This document shows, in pieces, positions 49,743 through 55,535 of a stretch of 55,535 nucleotides of DNA; the first letter of the stretch is position 1, and every line of letters begins with the position of its first letter. The DNA comes from Bacteroidia bacterium (lineage in GTDB: Bacteria; Bacteroidota; Bacteroidia; Bacteroidales; VadinHA17). The stretch covers positions 1 to 55,535 of the forward strand of contig JAPLDX010000078.1 of NCBI GenBank assembly GCA_026391215.1. The letters are read 5' to 3'. The translations under genes and the position numbers were made by a program. The notes under the pieces were generated by a model. That model ran no database searches. It saw nothing but the letters and a program-made list of their open reading frames with translations, and was not told the origin of the DNA.

Positions 49743-51488
49743 ATGAAGAAAGAGAAAACTGTTGAAGAAGACAGACCTCAGTCCAATGGACAGGAACAGA
49801 TTACGGGTGCGGAAGCTCTGCTAAGATGCCTTGTCGAAGAAGGTGTCGATACAATTTTCGGATATCCCGGCGGTGCAATAATGCCTGTTTATGACAAGCT
49901 GCTTGACTATGAGGATAAGCTGAGACATATTCTGACTCGTCATGAACAGGGAGCAGCTCACGCAGCACAGGCTTATGCTATGGTAACTGGCAAGCCGGGA
50001 GTCTGCTTCGCGACATCAGGTCCCGGGGCGACAAACCTGATAACAGGAATTGCCAACGCCTATCTTGATTCGGTCCCCGTAATATTCATAACTGCCCAGG
50101 TAGTATCTTCCCTCATAGGCTCAGATGCCTTCCAGGAAACTGATATCCTGGGTGTATCAATGCCAGTCACAAAATGGAACTGCCAGGCCAAAAAATCAGA
50201 AGATATTCCTGCAATGGTGGCCAAGGCCTTTTATCTGGCAACAACGGGCAGACCGGGACCCGTACTGATAGATATTACAAAGGATGCACAGATGGAAAAC
50301 CTGTCATTCAAATATAAGAAATGCGATTACCTGAGAAGCTATAATCCGCATATCCCATTGCATACCAGGGCAATAGAATCGGCTGCAATAATGATAAATC
50401 ATGCAGAAAAACCCCTTATCCTTGCCGGACACGGAGTCTTGATTTCAGGTGCCGTGAATGAGCTGAAAAAATTTGCTGAGAAAACAGGGATACCTGTAGC
50501 TGTAACTCTGCTGGGTCTTTCATCATTCCCGTCAGGACACAGGCTATTTACAGGTTTTCTTGGAATGCATGGCAACTATGGCCCGAATCTGCTTACCAAC
50601 GAAGCTGATCTTATAATCGCCATCGGGATGCGTTTTGATGACCGTGTCACCGGAAATCTTAAGAAATATGCAAAACAAGCAAGGATTATACACATCGAGA
50701 TCGATGAAGCCGAGATCAATAAGAATGTACAGGTCGATCTTGAAATACATAATGATGCAAAAGAAGTGCTTCAGGCTATGATCCCTCTGGTGAAACAAAG
50801 ATCTTATGATTCATGGATAAGGGAATTCAGGATCTGCGATAAAACAGAATATGAGAAAGTCATCCGGTCCGAAACAAAGCCTGAAAAGGGCAGCATCAGG
50901 ATGGGCGAGGTTATAATGAATGTATCCGAGCTTACTAAAGGGGAAGCAATAATCGTTACCGATGTTGGACAAAACCAGATGTCAGCCGCCAGGTATTATA
51001 AATTCAGGGAGCCGTACAGCCTGGTTACATCCGGAGGAATGGGAACAATGGGTTTTGGACTTCCTGCTTCAATTGGAGCAAAAATCGGAAAGCCAGAAAA
51101 GCAGGTCATTGCATTTATCGGGGACGGAGGATTCCAGATGACAATCCAGGAGCTCGGCACAATCCTTCATTATAAAATACCTGTCAAAATAGTAATCCTG
51201 AATAACGGATTCCTGGGAATGGTCAGGCAATGGCAGGATATGTTCTACAAAAAGAGATATGCATCAACAGAGCTTGTCAATCCCGATTTCGTCAAGGTTG
51301 CAGAAGGATTCGGTATCCCGGGCAAAAAGGTTCTGAAAAGGGAAGAACTCAGGAGATCCCTTGTAACAATGCTTGCTGCAAAAGGCCCTTATATTCTTGA
51401 TATCCACGTTGACAGAGAAGGCAATGTCCTCCCGATGGTGGAACCGGGCGCATCAGTATCAGAAGTAACATTAAACTATAAATCATGA
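49743..51488 (+). CDS. ilvB: Acetolactate synthase large subunit
   Basis: FGYPGGA, RHEQGA, GMRFDDRV, GDGGFQM, LGMVRQWQ. Confidence 0.96.
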   Translation: MKKEKTVEEDRPQSNGQEQITGAEALLRCLVEEGVDTIFGYPGGAIMPVYDKLLDYEDKLRHILTRHEQGAAHAAQAYAMVTGKPGVCFATSGPGATNLITGIANAYLDSVPVIFITAQVVSSLIGSDAFQETDILGVSMPVTKWNCQAKKSEDIPAMVAKAFYLATTGRPGPVLIDITKDAQMENLSFKYKKCDYLRSYNPHIPLHTRAIESAAIMINHAEKPLILAGHGVLISGAVNELKKFAEKTGIPVAVTLLGLSSFPSGHRLFTGFLGMHGNYGPNLLTNEADLIIAIGMRFDDRVTGNLKKYAKQARIIHIEIDEAEINKNVQVDLEIHNDAKEVLQAMIPLVKQRSYDSWIREFRICDKTEYEKVIRSETKPEKGSIRMGEVIMNVSELTKGEAIIVTDVGQNQMSAARYYKFREPYSLVTSGGMGTMGFGLPASIGAKIGKPEKQVIAFIGDGGFQMTIQELGTILHYKIPVKIVILNNGFLGMVRQWQDMFYKKRYASTELVNPDFVKVAEGFGIPGKKVLKREELRRSLVTMLAAKGPYILDIHVDREGNVLPMVEPGASVSEVTLNYKS

Positions 51489-51491
51489 GAT

Positions 51492-51977
51492 ATGGGGAAA
51501 CAGGAATTTACAATTTCAATCTTTAGTGAAAACCACATCGGACTCCTTAACCAGGTGACGATAATCCTTACCCGGAGGCAGATTAACATCGAAAGCATAA
51601 CTGCTTCTGAATCTGCGGTTAAAGGAGTTCATCTGCTTACAATGGTGGTCAAGACAACTCCGGATATGATAAGAAAAGTCGCAAAACAATTCGAAAAGCT
51701 TGTCGATGTCCTTAAGGTATTTGTGCACACTTCAGATGAGATCATATACCAGGAGATTGCACTGTACAAGGTTACGACAAAAGGTCTGATGTCAGGAAAT
51801 ATCATAGACCATGTCGTCAGAACATTCCACGCACGGATACTCGAGGTCTCTCCTGAATATATGGTTATAGAAAAGACCGGTCATAAGGCAGAAATAGCTG
51901 ACCTGCTTGATCAGCTGGAACCATATGGCGTTCTCCAGTTCGTCCGGTCCGGAAGAGTATCGATTTTGGCGGAGTAG
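51492..51977 (+). CDS. ilvN: Acetolactate synthase small subunit (C-terminus possibly altered)
   Basis: ACT domain ENHIGLL..RRQINIESI, EIALYKV, VRSGRV. Confidence 0.92.
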   Translation: MGKQEFTISIFSENHIGLLNQVTIILTRRQINIESITASESAVKGVHLLTMVVKTTPDMIRKVAKQFEKLVDVLKVFVHTSDEIIYQEIALYKVTTKGLMSGNIIDHVVRTFHARILEVSPEYMVIEKTGHKAEIADLLDQLEPYGVLQFVRSGRVSILAE

Positions 51978-53014
51978 TGGAAAATATTGTCACAAGAGAA
52001 GAATTTCCGCTTTCCAAAGCACGTGAAGTCCTTAAAAACGAAGTAGTTGCAGTTATAGGGTATGGCGTTCAGGGTCCGGCCCAGGCAATGAATATGAAAG
52101 ATAACGGCATTAATGTCATTGTCGGACAGGCTCCTGAATTTAAAGCCGACTGGGATAAAGCTCTTAAAGATGGTTTTATTCCCGGAACTTCTCTTTTTCC
52201 TGTTGAAGAAGCAGCAAAAAAAGGAACAATAATCCAGTATCTTGTTTCGGATGCCGCACAGCGTATTCTATGGCCCGCATTAAAACCATGCTTGCAGAAA
52301 GGTAATGCACTCTATTTCTCACACGGCTTTTCTATTACCTACAAAGAACATACAGGAGTCATCCCTCCTGCTGATATTGATGTAATACTCTGTGCCCCAA
52401 AAGGTTCAGGCACCAGTGTAAGACGCAATTTTCTTGCAGGGGCAGGGATCAACTCTAGCTATTCGGTATTCCAGGATTTCACGGGTCATGCCGAAGAGCG
52501 CACCATTGCTCTCGGCATTGCCATTGGTTCAGGTTACCTTTTCCCGACAACCTTTGAGATGGAGGTTTACAGTGATCTTACCGGTGAACGGGGTGTTCTG
52601 ATGGGTGCACTCGCCGGAATAATGGATGCACAATACCAGGTATTGCGTGAAAACGGTCACACTCCTTCCGAAGCATTCAATGAAACTGTTGAGGAGCTTA
52701 CCCAGAGCCTTATTCGTCTCGTTGATGAAAAAGGTATGGACTGGATGTACGCAAACTGCAGTGCCACGGCTCAAAGAGGAGCTCTTGACTGGAGGCCTCA
52801 ATTCAGGGACGCGGTTCTCCCGGTATTCAAAAAGCTTTATAAAAGGGTGAAATCAGGAGAAGAGTGTAAGAGAGTTCTTAAATCTACAGGTGCGCCAAAC
52901 TACAAGGAAATGCTCGATGCAGAGCTTAAAGAACTCGGTAATTCGGAATTGTGGAGGGCAGGTGCAGCAGTAAGAAATCTCAGACCGGAAAAAATAATTA
53001 AAAACAATCAGTAA
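51977..53014 (+). CDS. ilvC: Ketol-acid reductoisomerase
   Basis: [30 protein letters not shown]; starts at a GTG overlapping the ilvN stop. Confidence 0.95.
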   Translation: MENIVTREEFPLSKAREVLKNEVVAVIGYGVQGPAQAMNMKDNGINVIVGQAPEFKADWDKALKDGFIPGTSLFPVEEAAKKGTIIQYLVSDAAQRILWPALKPCLQKGNALYFSHGFSITYKEHTGVIPPADIDVILCAPKGSGTSVRRNFLAGAGINSSYSVFQDFTGHAEERTIALGIAIGSGYLFPTTFEMEVYSDLTGERGVLMGALAGIMDAQYQVLRENGHTPSEAFNETVEELTQSLIRLVDEKGMDWMYANCSATAQRGALDWRPQFRDAVLPVFKKLYKRVKSGEECKRVLKSTGAPNYKEMLDAELKELGNSELWRAGAAVRNLRPEKIIKNNQ

Positions 53015-53015
53015 A

Positions 53016-54509
53016 ATGGACGATAAGATTATAATTTTCGATACAACCCTGAGGGACGGCGAACAGGTGCCGGGATGCCAGCTGAATACAATTGAAAAGA
53101 TACAGGTGGCTAAGGCTCTCGAAGCTCTTGGAGTTGATGTGATTGAAGCAGGCTTCCCTATTTCAAGTCCCGGTGATTTTAAATCGGTGGTTGAAATATC
53201 CAAAGCAGTCACAGATCCAGTTATCTGTGCACTGACAAGGGCAGTCAAAAAGGATATTGAGGTAGCTGCCGAAGCTCTTCACTATGCAAAAAGAGGCAGG
53301 ATACATACTGGCATTGGCACTTCTCCTTTTCACATTAAATATAAGATAAGAACAACCCCCGAGGAGATATTGAAAAGAGCCGTCGATGCTGTAAAATACG
53401 CAAAGAAATTTGTTCAGGACGTCGAGTTTTATGCAGAAGATGCAGGACGGAGTGACAACAAATATCTTGCAAAGGTAATTGAAGCTGTAATAAAAGCCGG
53501 CGCAACAGTTGTTAATATACCTGATACGACAGGTTACTGTATGCCTGAGGAATACGGAGCCAAAATCAGGTACCTGAAGGAACATGTTCCTAATATTGAC
53601 AAGGTAGTCATTTCCACACATTGCCATAATGACCTTGGAATGGCAACTGCCAATACAATGATGGGGGTCATAAATGGTGCCAGGCAGGCAGAGGTTACTA
53701 TAAACGGCATAGGAGAAAGAGCTGGCAATACCTCCCTTGAAGAGGTTGCAATGATCATAAAAAGCCATCATGATCTTAAGCTGACAACAGGTATTAATTC
53801 CAGGCTGATATTCAGCACAAGCCGCCTTGTATCAACTCTGATGAGCATGCCCGTACAGGCAAATAAGGCCATCGTCGGACGAAATGCCTTCGCTCATTCA
53901 TCAGGCATCCACCAGGATGGAGTGCTGAAGAACAGGGAGAACTACGAAATAATTGATCCTGTTGAAGTAGGTATCCGTGAATCTTCTATTATCCTGACTG
54001 CACGCAGCGGAAGGGCAGCGCTTAATCACCGCCTGGAACTGCTGGGATTTAAATTCGGCAAGGAGGAGCTCGATGAAATCTATCATCGCTTCCTCTTGCT
54101 GGCGGATAAAAAGAAGGAAATAAATGATGAAGACATCAGGATACTTACAGGCGAGGTCACCCAGGGCGAGAAGGCTCTGAAGCTTGAGCTGCTGCAGGTC
54201 ACATGCGGTAAATCGGCAATTCCTGTAGCCACTGTCGGACTCCGGGTTAATGGTGAAGTGCACTCATCAACTGCATCCGGCAACGGACCCATTGATGCAG
54301 CATTTACTGCAGTTAAGCACCTCATCAGCAAGACAGTACATCTTGAAGAATTCCTGATACAGGCTATCACCAGGGGAAGCGATGACCTGGGAAAAGTCCA
54401 TGTGCAGTTGGAACATCAGGGACAGATCTATTATGGATTTGGTACAAGCACCGATATAATAACCGCCTCAGTGGAGGCTTTTATTGATGCTATTTCAAAG
54501 ATAAAATAA
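53016..54509 (+). CDS. leuA: 2-isopropylmalate synthase
   Basis: [33 protein letters not shown], regulatory GNGPIDA. Confidence 0.96.
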   Translation: MDDKIIIFDTTLRDGEQVPGCQLNTIEKIQVAKALEALGVDVIEAGFPISSPGDFKSVVEISKAVTDPVICALTRAVKKDIEVAAEALHYAKRGRIHTGIGTSPFHIKYKIRTTPEEILKRAVDAVKYAKKFVQDVEFYAEDAGRSDNKYLAKVIEAVIKAGATVVNIPDTTGYCMPEEYGAKIRYLKEHVPNIDKVVISTHCHNDLGMATANTMMGVINGARQAEVTINGIGERAGNTSLEEVAMIIKSHHDLKLTTGINSRLIFSTSRLVSTLMSMPVQANKAIVGRNAFAHSSGIHQDGVLKNRENYEIIDPVEVGIRESSIILTARSGRAALNHRLELLGFKFGKEELDEIYHRFLLLADKKKEINDEDIRILTGEVTQGEKALKLELLQVTCGKSAIPVATVGLRVNGEVHSSTASGNGPIDAAFTAVKHLISKTVHLEEFLIQAITRGSDDLGKVHVQLEHQGQIYYGFGTSTDIITASVEAFIDAISKIK

Positions 54510-54603
54510 CCCCCCTGCCCCCCTGAAGGGGGGTTAAAACCCATCTTAAATTCAACGAAGAATTGTGTGGGTTTATAGCCCCCCTTCAGGGGGGGTGGGG
54601 GGT
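54509..54603. repeat. GC-rich palindromic REP/MITE-like element
   Basis: CCCCCTGAAGGGGGG ... CCCCCCTTCAGGGGG inverted pair, inner AAACCCA/TGGGTTT arms. Confidence 0.8.
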
Positions 54604-54631
54604 CGACAAGAAGGGATGTAACATAAAATAT

Positions 54632-55535
54632 ATGGAACCAAACACATTATTTGACAAGATATGGGACAGCCATGTAGTACGCTCCATTGAGGGAGGACCC
54701 GATGTTCTCTATATCGACCAGCATTATATTCATGAAGTAACCAGCCCACAGGCTTTTGACGGACTGCGGCAAAGAGGAATTTCAGTATTTCGCCCCGGGA
54801 AAACAATTGCCGCGGCTGATCATAACATTCCAACGGTAAACCAGCACCTGCCAATCAGGTATGAGCTTTCACGCCTGCAGGTGGAAAAACTGGATGAGAA
54901 CTGCAGGGAGTTCAAAATTGAACATTTTGGTCTTAATGATCCAAAAAATGGGATCGTTCATGTGATCGGACCGGAGCTGGGTTACACCCTGCCGGGCATG
55001 ACAATAGTTTGCGGCGACAGCCATACCTCAACTCACGGGGCATTTGGAACAATAGCATTCGGGATAGGAACAAGCGAGGTTGAGATGGTACTCGCATCCC
55101 AGTGCGTACTACAGTCCAGACCAAAAAAGATGAGGATCAAAGTCAATGGAACGCTTCAGCAAGGAGTTACTTCCAAAGATCTGATATTGTACCTGATCTC
55201 ACAGATATCTTCAGGCGGGGCTACAGGATATTTTATTGAATATTCCGGCAATGCAATAGCATCCCTGAGCATGGAGGGAAGAATGACAGTCTGTAATATG
55301 AGCATTGAAATGGGCGCCCGCGGCGGACTGATAGCTCCTGACCTGACAACATATCAGTATCTTAACCGGATACCTTCATTGTCCGCCCGCAATGATTTTA
55401 AATCATTATTGCTGAGATGGAGAGCTTTGAAAAGCGATGAAGGAGCCCTCTTTGACAGTGAAATGGAATTTGATGCATCAATTATCAAACCTATGATTAC
55501 ATATGGCACAAATCCAGGGATGGGCATGGCAGTTG
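54632..55535 (+). CDS. leuC: 3-isopropylmalate dehydratase large subunit, 3'-truncated by the window edge
   Basis: Manual translation [50 protein letters not shown]. Confidence 0.95.
   Translation, partial: MEPNTLFDKIWDSHVVRSIEGGPDVLYIDQHYIHEVTSPQAFDGLRQRGISVFRPGKTIAAADHNIPTVNQHLPIRYELSRLQVEKLDENCREFKIEHFGLNDPKNGIVHVIGPELGYTLPGMTIVCGDSHTSTHGAFGTIAFGIGTSEVEMVLASQCVLQSRPKKMRIKVNGTLQQGVTSKDLILYLISQISSGGATGYFIEYSGNAIASLSMEGRMTVCNMSIEMGARGGLIAPDLTTYQYLNRIPSLSARNDFKSLLLRWRALKSDEGALFDSEMEFDASIIKPMITYGTNPGMGMAV

Noticed and set aside
53163-53771. 202-aa antisense ORF and the other antisense ORFs in the track
   Set aside because: Shadows of well-supported genes on the opposite strand with no motifs of their own

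Overview
Chromosomal segment from a Bacteroidota (most likely Bacteroidales-type) bacterium, judged from the tmRNA tag GESNYALAA, TAnnTTTG promoters and ilv/leu gene order. Left to right: tmRNA, a HipBA-like toxin-antitoxin pair with twin palindromic operators, a divergent exported phosphatase / CotH-like kinase pair, many exported carbohydrate and ester enzymes (GH2, GH29, an amidohydrolase-GH27 fusion, five tandem esterase/hydrolase genes, four AP_endonuc_2 TIM barrels, Gfo/Idh/MocA, NagA), a two-gene locus encoding an RxxxxH (HEPN-like) protein and an nSTAND-type NTPase-TM-WD40 protein, a LolCDE/MacB-type ABC operon, a GDP-mannose 3,5-epimerase next to a nucleotidyltransferase/GHMP-kinase fusion, and an attenuator-controlled ilvD-ilvB-ilvN-ilvC-leuA-leuC operon running off the right edge. 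Intergenic DNA carries strand-oriented 7-10 bp tandem arrays and GC-rich palindromic elements. Three internal deletions are visible (ABC permease, PL10 pectate lyase, ilvN/ilvC junction). Best candidates for undescribed systems: the HEPN-like + STAND-WD40 pair, a possible L-galactose/L-fucose salvage operon, and the exported kinase/phosphatase pair. All family calls come from motifs read by eye; no database searches were run.
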